A stretch of 64,000 bases of DNA from a virus. The stretch lies in IMG/VR virus record IMGVR_UViG_3300037483_000286, positions 1,220 through 65,219 of that record; one strand, written 5' to 3'. Positions 1 through 8,411 of this stretch are shown piece after piece (positions within the stretch are counted from its first letter, which is position 1; each line of letters begins with the position of its first letter). A program made the position numbers and the translations under genes. Below the pieces are notes generated by a model. That model ran no database searches, had not been told where the DNA came from, and saw nothing but the letters and a program-made list of their open reading frames with translations.

Positions 1-1
1 A

Positions 2-448
2 ATGATGCAAGAGCGCAGGCAAGACGGTGAGTCTGCGATCAAAGCCTATGCTATCACTACCAATTTTAGTGAGCTGATGGAAAGATGCTACATCTGGAGA
101 GACAACAAGCAACGAAAAGGATTTCTTACCAAAAGAAGTACGTACCAATTGATTCATTATGCATTGACGGATGACCAGCGTCAACTTTGTATCAATTGGA
201 TCGAAAGTGTTGTCCAAAGTCCTATCAGTGAAGAAGGATACAATGCGATCGCGCGGTGGACCGTTGCTAACGAGGTGTTTTTATCTGCGGACAGGGACCT
301 AGAGGAAGCAAAGGAAGAACTGCGTCTACATGCTTTCGGTGGGCTGACTGCAGGCATCGTCACGCTACACATAAACGATAATGAAGAACTAGAAGCAAGA
401 ATGCGTCAGCATAAAATGGTCTTTGTAGAGAAAAAGAGAATTGTATGA
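2..448 (+). CDS. hypothetical protein (may be 5'-truncated by the window edge)
   Basis: 148-aa ORF whose stop overlaps the ligase start (ATGA); no recognisable motif. Confidence 0.6.
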   Translation: MMQERRQDGESAIKAYAITTNFSELMERCYIWRDNKQRKGFLTKRSTYQLIHYALTDDQRQLCINWIESVVQSPISEEGYNAIARWTVANEVFLSADRDLEEAKEELRLHAFGGLTAGIVTLHINDNEELEARMRQHKMVFVEKKRIV

Positions 449-1341
449 AACCCATGCTCGCTGCTAGAGAAGCGAAGCCCGAACTCCTGTTCCCCCGTTG
501 GACTTCTGCGAAGATTGATGGTATTCGTGCAATGGTAGTGAACGGCGTCCTACTGTCCCGCACACTGAAGCCGATACCCAACATCTTCACGCAGAACGAA
601 TTTGGATGCGGAGATCTGGAAGGCCTGGACGGAGAGCTGGCAGTGGGCCCACCTAACGCGCCTGATCTCATGCAGCGGACGACCAGCGGGGTCATGTCTG
701 AACAGGGAGAACCTGACGTCACGTTCTGGGTTTTCGATTTCTGGACTCACCCTTCATACACTTACACCGATCGTTGGAAGATGCTTTTGAACGGAATGGA
801 CACCCGATTCAAAGAGCGCCACCTGCGCGTGAAACTCCTACCCCACGTCCTGCTCTACACTGAACAGCAGCTGGCAGAATTTGAAAGCACGCACGTCGCG
901 TCTGGATTTGAAGGAATCATGTCGCGCTCAAGCGACGGCAAGTATAAGTACGGCCGCAGCACTCCACGTGAACAAGGCCTTGTGAAACACAAGCGTTTCG
1001 CAGACGCCGAGGCTGTGGTTATCGGCTTCGAAGAACGCATGCACAATGCGAACGAAGCGACGCTGGATGAACGCGGGTATACGAAGCGCAGCTCGCACAA
1101 GGAGAACATGGTTCCGATGAACACACTTGGCGCGCTTGTCGTCAAGGATATCAAATCAGGTGTGACATTCAGCATCGGCACAGGATTTCCAGACGCGGAG
1201 CGTCAACACATCTGGGACAACAGGCAGTCTTACATCGATCAAATAGCTTGCTACAAACATTTTGAACTCGTAGGCGTGAAAGATGCTCCGCGCTTCCCCG
1301 TGTTCAAAGGCTTTCGTCACGCAGCGGACGTAGGGCGATAA
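445..1341 (+). CDS. ATP-dependent DNA ligase
   Basis: KxDG motif (SAKIDGIRA), LDGEL, FDF, EGIM, VKHK and C-terminal OB-fold (FSIGTGF...PRFPVF). Confidence 0.95.
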   Translation: MKPMLAAREAKPELLFPRWTSAKIDGIRAMVVNGVLLSRTLKPIPNIFTQNEFGCGDLEGLDGELAVGPPNAPDLMQRTTSGVMSEQGEPDVTFWVFDFWTHPSYTYTDRWKMLLNGMDTRFKERHLRVKLLPHVLLYTEQQLAEFESTHVASGFEGIMSRSSDGKYKYGRSTPREQGLVKHKRFADAEAVVIGFEERMHNANEATLDERGYTKRSSHKENMVPMNTLGALVVKDIKSGVTFSIGTGFPDAERQHIWDNRQSYIDQIACYKHFELVGVKDAPRFPVFKGFRHAADVGR

Positions 1342-1352
1342 TTGTAACAGGC

Positions 1353-1361
1353 TGTTATACT
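1353..1361 (+). promoter_or_regulatory. extended -10 promoter candidate (TGTTATACT)
   Basis: TGn+TATACT in the 45-nt gap before the AAA gene; no good -35. Confidence 0.4.
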
Positions 1362-1386
1362 TACGCGCATTCACACAAGGACCCTG

Positions 1387-2223
1387 ATGAGCATTCTTGC
1401 AAACGTAACCACAGGTATCTCGCGCACCGGGCTTCGCATCGTTATTGCGGGTCAGGAGAAAATGGGTAAGACCACACTCTGCGCAGGCGCTCCGGGTGCG
1501 TTGCTAATTCCACTCGAGGTTGGCTTCGGTGGAGTGAACGTGAGCAAGACTCCTATGCTTCAGACGTGGGAGGAAGTGACCGCACTGATGGCAGAAATCA
1601 TCACGCTTGCACAGCGAGGACAATTCAAGTACAAGACGATTGTGTTCGACAGCGGCACTGCACTTGAACGGCACATTCACGACGCAGTCATCCGACGCGA
1701 TCCTGGGTTCCGCGCCGGCGGCAAGAAAGTCATCACAATGGAGTCAGCACATGGCGGCTACGGCAAAGCGTACAACCTGGCTAACGAAGAGTTTGACCAG
1801 TTTCTTCAACAGTGTGATCTTCTGGCTGTGTACGCAGGCATCAATATTGTTATCACGTGCCACGTCTTCAGTAGTAAAATCATGGACCCGACCTCCGGAG
1901 AATACGATTCCTGGGATCTATTACTCCACTCCCCGAAGAATCAGAAAACGTACGGAAAGCGCGAGCGCATCACGCAATGGGCGGATATAGTAGGCTTCCT
2001 GTACGAGCCGATTTTCGTTAGCAAGAGCGAGAACATGACGAAAGCAGTCTCGCAGAACAAAGGACGCATGCTCGGCTTCAGTCGTACCCCATCCTACGTT
2101 GCAGGCAACCGTTTCGGCATCAATGTCGAAGTAGGTGTACCTGCTCCTCCTGCAAATGGATGGAACTACACCCTAGGACAAGCGTTGCATCATTTCGCAG
2201 GCATCGACGTTTTTACACGGTAA
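1387..2223 (+). CDS. AAA_24-type ATPase, Sak4-like single-strand annealing recombinase
   Basis: Walker A GQEKMGKTT, Walker B IVFDS, and position next to SSB and exonuclease as in Sak4 modules. Confidence 0.8.
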   Translation: MSILANVTTGISRTGLRIVIAGQEKMGKTTLCAGAPGALLIPLEVGFGGVNVSKTPMLQTWEEVTALMAEIITLAQRGQFKYKTIVFDSGTALERHIHDAVIRRDPGFRAGGKKVITMESAHGGYGKAYNLANEEFDQFLQQCDLLAVYAGINIVITCHVFSSKIMDPTSGEYDSWDLLLHSPKNQKTYGKRERITQWADIVGFLYEPIFVSKSENMTKAVSQNKGRMLGFSRTPSYVAGNRFGINVEVGVPAPPANGWNYTLGQALHHFAGIDVFTR

Positions 2224-2260
2224 CAAGGGCACCGTTTCAACGCCCGTTCGGAGACTTTCC

Positions 2261-3085
2261 ATGGCTCAGATCAATTTCGACGCAAGTCGAGTGGAGCCAG
2301 CAACAGGGTTCGATACTGTCCCTGCCGGCTGGTACAATGTAATGGTGGATCAGTCGGAACTGAAACCGACCAACGACGGCGCAGGCACTCGCCTGAACTT
2401 CCGCTACGTGATTCTGGACGGCCAATACCAGGGTCGCAAGATTTTCCACGGACTCAACCTGCAGAATGCGAACGCACAGACTGTGGAAATTGCCTTCAAA
2501 CAGTTGAGCGCACTGGCGCACGCTGTCGGTCATCTCCAAGTCGGCGATTCGTCCGAGCTGCACAACCGTCCGCTGAAGATCAAAGTCAAGGTGCGACCTG
2601 CCGACGGCAAGTACGACGAACAGAACGATATCACGCAGTGGAAGAACATCAACGAACAGGTCGGCGCCGCGCCTCCTGCTGCTGCTGGGTTCCAGCCTCC
2701 ACCTGCCGGATTTCAACCTCCTGCTGCAGCTCCTGGCTTTCAGCCTCCTGCACAACCTGCAGCGCCTGCACAGGGAACTCACGGATGGGGTGCGCCTCCT
2801 GCAGCTCCCGCAGCACCTTGGGGCGCGCCTCCTGCGCCACCTGCTTTCCCTCCGGGTGCGACGGCTCAGGGTGCGCCGGCTGCTCCGCCTGCTGGTCCTA
2901 GCGCTGCACCCGCAGGCTGGACAGCTCCGACGAACCCACAGCCTTGGGCGAATCAGCAACCCGTGCAAGCTCCTGCCCCTGCAGCTCCTGCGCAGCCTGC
3001 GGCCCCTGCAGCTCCGCATCCGGCGCAAGGTGCAGCTCCGCATCCGGCGCAAGGTGCAGCGCCGCCGTGGCATCGTCCGTCCTGA
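2261..3085 (+). CDS. single-stranded DNA-binding protein (DUF669-like) with a long Pro/Ala-rich tail
   Basis: N-terminal FDA...PAGWY...ILDGQYQGRKIF...N...AFKQL pattern; about 145-aa low-complexity C-terminus; GGAG RBS. Confidence 0.8.
   Translation: MAQINFDASRVEPATGFDTVPAGWYNVMVDQSELKPTNDGAGTRLNFRYVILDGQYQGRKIFHGLNLQNANAQTVEIAFKQLSALAHAVGHLQVGDSSELHNRPLKIKVKVRPADGKYDEQNDITQWKNINEQVGAAPPAAAGFQPPPAGFQPPAAAPGFQPPAQPAAPAQGTHGWGAPPAAPAAPWGAPPAPPAFPPGATAQGAPAAPPAGPSAAPAGWTAPTNPQPWANQQPVQAPAPAAPAQPAAPAAPHPAQGAAPHPAQGAAPPWHRPS
3007..3060 (+). repeat. 24-nt tandem repeat x2.25 (AAPHPAQG)
   Basis: TGCAGCTCCGCATCCGGCGCAAGG at 3007-3030 and 3031-3054, then a partial copy. Confidence 0.9.
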
Positions 3086-3122
3086 TGTACTAGCGCGTGC
3101 AATGCGCGCTATCTGAGTCCCG

Positions 3123-3174
3123 CCCCGCTGCTTCAGCTATACCGCACATTCGGGAAGCGTTAGAAGCAGCGGGG
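3123..3174 (+). other. 12-bp inverted repeat / stem-loop between SSB and nuclease genes
   Basis: CCCCGCTGCTTC (3123-3134) pairs with GAAGCAGCGGGG (3163-3174). Confidence 0.7.
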
Positions 3175-3208
3175 AGATGGGCAGGTTGATACTGCTCAGG
3201 GGAAATTC

Positions 3209-4177
3209 ATGCAGATCACTTTGGCTTATAGAACATTGCGTCTAATGCACGAATGCATTCACCGCGACCAGGGTAATGCGTACCGCGCGAATCTCAAGAA
3301 AGTCATACCCCACATCGATGATGCATATCGGCAGGACGAAGATCCTTTCCGCACGCATCTTGGCGCCAGCATCATAGGGCAGGAATGCGGACGTGCTATC
3401 TACTACTCACATCGTTGGGTGACAGCTCGCAACGTCAGCGGACAAATGTTGCGCCTATACAATCGCGGACACTTAGAAGAAGCGCGCTTCATTGCGTTAC
3501 TACTGACAATTGGATGCGAAATCTATCAGCAGGACGAAAATGGCAAACAATTTCGTATTAGTCACGCCGACGGGCATGTCGGCGGAAGCGGTGATGGCGT
3601 ACTCCTCCGAATTCCAGACCTTGCTCCAGGGCAACCTGCGCTCGGTGAGTTCAAGACACACAATCAGAAATCCTTTGACAAACTCGCAGGAGACAATTGG
3701 CGCAAGTTCATCGAAGGAGAGAAGGGGGAACAATTCACTGGTGACGGTGTCCGTGCATCTAAGTTCGAACATTACGTACAGATGCAAGTCTACATGCACC
3801 GAATGCAGCTCACTGTCACACTGTATGTGGCTGTCAACAAGAATACGGACGATATCTACTGCGAGCTGGTGCCGCTTGATAGCGCGTTTGCAGAACAGTT
3901 TCTAGAACGCGGACGCGTACTAGCACTGACGCAGACTGTACCCAAACGAATCAATAAATCCCCTGGCTTCTGGAAGTGCCGCTTCTGCGATCATAAAGAA
4001 GTGTGTCATCTAGGTGCCGCTCCGGCTCGTAACTGCAGAACATGCTCGTTCAGTCATCCTGTTGAAGGCGTCCCAGGCGGACAATGGCGCTGCAACCTGC
4101 TACAGTGTACATTGACTAAAGAGGCACAGCTCGCGGGCTGTGGTCAATACACGGCCAGGACGGACTTTAACGAATGA
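3209..4177 (+). CDS. Cas4-like PD-(D/E)XK exonuclease with Fe-S cysteines
   Basis: LGASIIGQEC, GH...E, GDG...EFKT, QxQxYM motifs and C-terminal CRFCDHKEVC. Confidence 0.85.
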   Translation: MQITLAYRTLRLMHECIHRDQGNAYRANLKKVIPHIDDAYRQDEDPFRTHLGASIIGQECGRAIYYSHRWVTARNVSGQMLRLYNRGHLEEARFIALLLTIGCEIYQQDENGKQFRISHADGHVGGSGDGVLLRIPDLAPGQPALGEFKTHNQKSFDKLAGDNWRKFIEGEKGEQFTGDGVRASKFEHYVQMQVYMHRMQLTVTLYVAVNKNTDDIYCELVPLDSAFAEQFLERGRVLALTQTVPKRINKSPGFWKCRFCDHKEVCHLGAAPARNCRTCSFSHPVEGVPGGQWRCNLLQCTLTKEAQLAGCGQYTARTDFNE

Positions 4178-5946
4178 CAACGATCGTACCGCATCCCTAT
4201 CAATGGGAAGCGGTCGGCAGTATCTATGACTATTTCGGCAAGCAAAATGGGAACCCGCTTGTCGCGATGCCGACTGGAACAGGTAAATCTGTTGTCATAG
4301 CTGCATTCCTTGAAAGCATATTTCGGCAGTGGCCCAGGCAGAAAGTCCTTTGCCTAACGCACGTCAAGGAACTAATTCAGCAGAACTACATGAAGCTCAT
4401 GGGCTACTGGCCTGGAGCGCCTGCAGGCATCAACAGTGCAGGACTCGGCAAGCGTGACATACATGACAAGATTATTTTTGCTGGCATTGGATCTGTAGCG
4501 AAGCACGCCGCCAGCTTCGGTCACGTTGACATCGTCCTCATTGACGAAGCGCATCTTGTAAGCGACGAAGATGAAACGATGTACCAGCTATTCATTGCTG
4601 GACTACGAGCCATGAATCCGTTGATCAAGGTAATAGGATTCACAGCGACACCGTACCGCAATGGGGTGGGCTATCTCACGGAAGGCAAGCTATTCACCGA
4701 CATCTGTTTTGATATCACAGGCATGGAGTCCTTCAATCGTTTGATTGCAGAAGGTTATCTATGCACACTGATTCCTAAAAAGACACAGACAGTTCTAAAT
4801 GTCGATGGCGTTCATGTGCGCGGCGGTGAGTTCATTGCGAAGGAACTGCAACAGGCAGTGGACCGCGATGAAATCACTGAAGCAGCTTGCCGCGAAGCGA
4901 TAAATCTCGCACAAGATCGAAATCATTGGCTAGTGTTCTGCGCAGGTGTGCAGCACTCCATAAACACTGCTAAGATCCTGAACATGCTTGGCATCAGCGC
5001 TGTGGCCATTCACAGCAAGCTCACCAAAGAAGAACGCAACAACGCGATTCGTGACTGGAAAGCAGGTAAGTATCGCGCGGCAGTGAACAACAACATACTA
5101 ACCACAGGCATCGACTTTCCTGCGATCGATTTGATCCTCATGCTTCGTCCTACCCAATCCACTATCTTGTGGGTTCAGATGCTTGGACGCGGCACCCGCT
5201 GTCTGTACGCTGCAGGCTTCAATATCAGCTTGTACGATGAACGCATGCGCTCCATCGAACTAGGAGGTAAGCGCAACTGCTTGGTTCTAGACTTTGCAGG
5301 CAACACAAGGCGTCTGGGTCCAATCAACGATCCTGTTATCCCTCGTAAGAAGGGAGAAAAAGGCGGCGACGCTCCTGTACGTATCTGCGACATGTGTGGA
5401 ACGTATAACCACGCCAGTGTGCGCGTTTGCATCTGCTGCGGGTTCGAATTCCCGATCGCTAACAAATTGAAGTTCAGCGCTAGCGAGGAGCCTATTATCA
5501 AGGGCGACATGCCTGTCTGCGAAGTGTTTAAGGTCGATCACATCACATACGCAGAACATCAGAAGCAGGGTGCGAAGCCTGGCATGCGCGTCACATACTA
5601 TTGCGGGCTCCGCCGCTTCAGCGACTTCGTCCTGTTAGAGCATGACAACGCTTATGCAGCTCGCAAAGGACGCACATGGTGGCGCGAGCGCAGTGACTTG
5701 GCTCCGCCGCTTGATACTGTACAAGCCTTGCAACGGGCAGGAGAACTGAAAACCCCAACACATCTGCGCGTTTGGGTCAATAAGCAATACCCGCAAATCA
5801 TGTCAAGCTGCTACGACGGCACGGCTTTTGGAACAGAAGCAGCTAAGGACAGCGATCCCGGGCCCTCCATTGACGTGCGTCCTACCCGTGAAGAAGCGGA
5901 CAAACGCCTAGATCAAGCACTGCAAGACGATGATATTCCATTTTAA
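4174..5946 (+). CDS. superfamily 2 DNA helicase (RadD/YejH-like) with Zn ribbon
   Basis: PTGTGKS, DEAH, TAT, TTGID, QMLGRGTR motifs; CDMC...CICC; ends DDDIPF. Confidence 0.92.
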   Translation: MTTIVPHPYQWEAVGSIYDYFGKQNGNPLVAMPTGTGKSVVIAAFLESIFRQWPRQKVLCLTHVKELIQQNYMKLMGYWPGAPAGINSAGLGKRDIHDKIIFAGIGSVAKHAASFGHVDIVLIDEAHLVSDEDETMYQLFIAGLRAMNPLIKVIGFTATPYRNGVGYLTEGKLFTDICFDITGMESFNRLIAEGYLCTLIPKKTQTVLNVDGVHVRGGEFIAKELQQAVDRDEITEAACREAINLAQDRNHWLVFCAGVQHSINTAKILNMLGISAVAIHSKLTKEERNNAIRDWKAGKYRAAVNNNILTTGIDFPAIDLILMLRPTQSTILWVQMLGRGTRCLYAAGFNISLYDERMRSIELGGKRNCLVLDFAGNTRRLGPINDPVIPRKKGEKGGDAPVRICDMCGTYNHASVRVCICCGFEFPIANKLKFSASEEPIIKGDMPVCEVFKVDHITYAEHQKQGAKPGMRVTYYCGLRRFSDFVLLEHDNAYAARKGRTWWRERSDLAPPLDTVQALQRAGELKTPTHLRVWVNKQYPQIMSSCYDGTAFGTEAAKDSDPGPSIDVRPTREEADKRLDQALQDDDIPF

Positions 5947-6001
5947 TTCGCTGTAAATTCAATCACTTACAAGAAAACAGCCATTTACAGCAAAATATCG
6001 C

Positions 6002-6030
6002 TTGATTGCTGTAGCAACCCGATCTATAGT
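6002..6030 (+). promoter_or_regulatory. sigma70 promoter TTGATT-17-TATAGT
   Basis: near-consensus hexamers with 17-nt spacer upstream of AGGAG and ATG 6077. Confidence 0.75.
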
Positions 6031-6076
6031 CTCTTCCATGGACGGAAACACTTCCGCCCGCCAACAGGAGACAGAC

Positions 6077-6613
6077 ATGAGCAAGTTCGAAAACATGGGT
6101 AAAGAAGAGCTGCGCGCCGCTTGCAAAGCTGCCGCGATCAAAGGCTGGGGCAAGATGAATAACACGCAGATGCGTGCTGCCCTGAACGCAGACTACGTGG
6201 AATACCCCACCGAGTCCGACGCCGAACTGGACGTCGCGCAGAACCCGGACGCACCCGAACACCAGGCAGATGCGCCAGTCGAAGTCGTGCCGCCCGCTGC
6301 GCTGGAAACCCCGGAAGTGAAGGCGCTCAGTGCGCTGACTCCTCCCGCTGCGCCTGTGGTTACTGCCGCTCCTGCCAACACTGGCAAGAAGATCCAAAAG
6401 GATCGTGCTGAACAGAACGGCGTGAAACGCCCGTCGGAAGGCACGATCTGCGCGCACATCTGGAACGAACTGGACGTACTGCGGGCCGCGACAAGCGCCA
6501 CCCCTTCGTTCAAGGACTTGAAGGCGCTGCAGGACAAGCACAGCTGGCAGCGCAACACGGCAGTGACGCAGTATCAGCGCTGGAAGGAATTCAACGACCT
6601 GATGGTTCGTTGA
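6077..6613 (+). CDS. paralog 1: Rho-N/SAP-like N-terminus plus conserved C-terminal helical domain
   Basis: start moved to ATG 6077 after AGGAG; KEELRAACKAAAIKGWGKMNNTQMRAAL; C-terminal EQNGVKRP...W..LD...W...TAVTQYQRWK. Confidence 0.75.
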   Translation: MSKFENMGKEELRAACKAAAIKGWGKMNNTQMRAALNADYVEYPTESDAELDVAQNPDAPEHQADAPVEVVPPAALETPEVKALSALTPPAAPVVTAAPANTGKKIQKDRAEQNGVKRPSEGTICAHIWNELDVLRAATSATPSFKDLKALQDKHSWQRNTAVTQYQRWKEFNDLMVR

Positions 6614-6638
6614 ATTCTAACGAAGCAGGCTGTATAGT
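6610..6638 (+). promoter_or_regulatory. sigma70 promoter TTGAAT-17-TATAGT with its -10 in the loop of a 12-bp palindrome
   Basis: hexamers at 6610-6615 and 6633-6638; CGAAGCAGGCTG (6621-6632) pairs with CAGCCTGCTTCG (6641-6652). Confidence 0.7.
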
Positions 6639-6748
6639 TGCAGCCTGCTTCGGGTCTAGCAGAGAGCGGCCCGGCATCGCAGATAGCGAACGCACGGAAG
6701 CATTCGGGCGCGTTGTCCTGCCGCTCTCTAGTAGATCATGGAGTCGCT

Positions 6749-7486
6749 ATGTATATCAGTATCAATCGGAAGCTCTGCAAGTTCCTGCACAAACATCCTG
6801 ACTTCAAGGTTGTCTGTAACTTGGACTTCATTGCCCAGGCGCATGACCACACGGATGTGCTGCCGCTTACGGACGGAAGCAACCTGATTGCAGGCTGGAC
6901 TGATATGGAACTGTCAATGCTTTACCGCAACGTGACAGGGTCGCAGCACGTACCGCACATTGGCACTTCTCTGCGTGCTATGATCGCTGAATATGCGGAG
7001 CGCTTTCCTGTCACTGATTGTTTTCCAGGCGAAGTGGAACTGCAGGCGCAGTATGTAGAAGAGCGCCTTGCTAAAGCCTCCGAAGACAACGAGCCTGATG
7101 ATTATATGTATGTCAAGGGTTCTAAAATACCCGCAATCAAGTCCTCCCTTTGGGGTAGGACAGTGTGCGCGCTACTACCCCCGGACGAAGCTGCCCGCAT
7201 AGTACAGGAGCGCATTACAGCGCAGGCAAAGCGCTCCGCAGCGCTAACCCATGCGCTAGCAGCGGCCCCGCTCCCAAGCGCTCCTACGCAGCCAAAACCC
7301 GTTCGTCAAGCTGGCGCGCCACGCTCCGGAGTCTGCAAGGCTATCTGGGACGCATTGGACTTGGATCTGAAAATGACAGGCGAGATCCCTCCGCGAACCC
7401 GCATGAAAGAACTGATGTTGAAAAACGGCTGGCACACGAGCACAGCCAGCACTCAATACAGCGCCTGGAAAAAGAGCAAAGTTTAA
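6749..7486 (+). CDS. paralog 2: hypothetical protein with the same C-terminal domain
   Basis: start moved to ATG 6749 (GGAG RBS); C-terminal PRSGVCKAIWDALD...GWHTSTASTQYSAWKK. Confidence 0.75.
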   Translation: MYISINRKLCKFLHKHPDFKVVCNLDFIAQAHDHTDVLPLTDGSNLIAGWTDMELSMLYRNVTGSQHVPHIGTSLRAMIAEYAERFPVTDCFPGEVELQAQYVEERLAKASEDNEPDDYMYVKGSKIPAIKSSLWGRTVCALLPPDEAARIVQERITAQAKRSAALTHALAAAPLPSAPTQPKPVRQAGAPRSGVCKAIWDALDLDLKMTGEIPPRTRMKELMLKNGWHTSTASTQYSAWKKSKV

Positions 7487-7497
7487 TGCCATAACGA

Positions 7498-7526
7498 TTG
7501 CACGAAGCTCAAACCTGCGTTACTAT
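7498..7526 (+). promoter_or_regulatory. sigma70 promoter TTGCAC-17-TACTAT
   Basis: hexamers with 17-nt spacer upstream of GAGGAG and ATG 7583. Confidence 0.7.
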
Positions 7527-7582
7527 GCTCTTGTCCCAGCAATGGACGTCACTGATTCATCACAAGTTTTGAGGAGTATGAC

Positions 7583-8089
7583 ATGAACGATATCGCGAAG
7601 ACCCCCGAACAGATCGCCGCTGAAGCTGCGGAGGCTACCAGAGTGGCTGAAGCTGCCAAGGCAGCAGAAAAGGCCGCCAAGGAAAAAGCCGCTGCTGACG
7701 CGAAGGCTGCGAAGGCTGCTGAGAAGGCTGCAAGCAAACAGGCAGCGAAAGACAAGCGCGCCGCCGACAAGGCTGCGAAGGCACAGGCCAAAGTCGACGC
7801 CAAGGCTGCGAAGGAGTCTGCCAAGACCCCCGAACAGAACGGCGTTCGTCGTCCGAAGACGGATACGATCTGCGGCCGTGCCTGGGCAGTGTTCGACACG
7901 CTGAGTGCCTCCACTGGCGCTCCTGCGACCATCAAGGCGTCGCTGGAGAATGCCGGCGGCATCGCCGAAGCCACTGTTCGAACGCAGTACGCCCGCTGGC
8001 GCAAGTATCACGGCATCACTGGCAAGGTGGAAGCGCCGAAGCCGGTTGAAGTGCCTCCTGCCCCGACTCCTCCGCCTGCAACTGCCTGA
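7583..8089 (+). CDS. paralog 3: Ala/Lys-rich (histone H1-like) N-terminus plus the same C-terminal domain
   Basis: AAKAAEKAAKEKAAADAKAAK tract; EQNGVRRPKTDTICGRAWAVFD...TVRTQYARWRK. Confidence 0.85.
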   Translation: MNDIAKTPEQIAAEAAEATRVAEAAKAAEKAAKEKAAADAKAAKAAEKAASKQAAKDKRAADKAAKAQAKVDAKAAKESAKTPEQNGVRRPKTDTICGRAWAVFDTLSASTGAPATIKASLENAGGIAEATVRTQYARWRKYHGITGKVEAPKPVEVPPAPTPPPATA

Positions 8090-8115
8090 TTATTCTCCTG
8101 GTCAAGCAGTAACAG

Positions 8116-8382
8116 AATCCGGGTGCCCTCGGCCCGGATTTCCTTCTCAGAATCGAGCAGTCGGCCTCAGGCATTGCGCCTGGCGTGCTCCCCTACGTAA
8201 CCGACATAGCGTAGGCTCAAGCTGACACGGGGAGAAGGTGAGGGCACGCCAGCAGTCAGCAGCCCAAGAGTTAGGGACCATGTGTCGGCCCGAGCATGGT
8301 CAAGCGAGACGAAGTCAGGCTTGGGCTAGCTACCCTTCAATACTTCGTCAGGCACCTAGGCGGCAGACGTTAGCCAGTCTGC
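8116..8382 (+). ncRNA. candidate structured leader RNA of the que/dpdA operon
   Basis: at least six 6-8 bp stems and two pseudoknot-type pairings in an ORF-free gap; no known family recognised. Confidence 0.5.
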
Positions 8383-8411
8383 AATCGGGCATTGTTTTAC
8401 TTGGAGACGCC

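Noticed and set aside
3209-4177. Cas4-like gene suggesting a CRISPR system
   Set aside because: No repeat-spacer array or other cas genes; stand-alone Cas4-like nucleases are common in phage recombination modules
8322-8340. GGGCTAGCTACCCTT resembles the loop of the B. subtilis preQ1-I riboswitch (CUAGCUACACCCUCU)
   Set aside because: Only a 3-bp P1 is possible and there is no A-rich 3' tail; kept only as part of the larger unexplained leader
8238-8411. ORF-track N-terminal extension of QueE
   Set aside because: Starts at GTG without an RBS; QueE similarity begins at ATG 8412, which has GGAG
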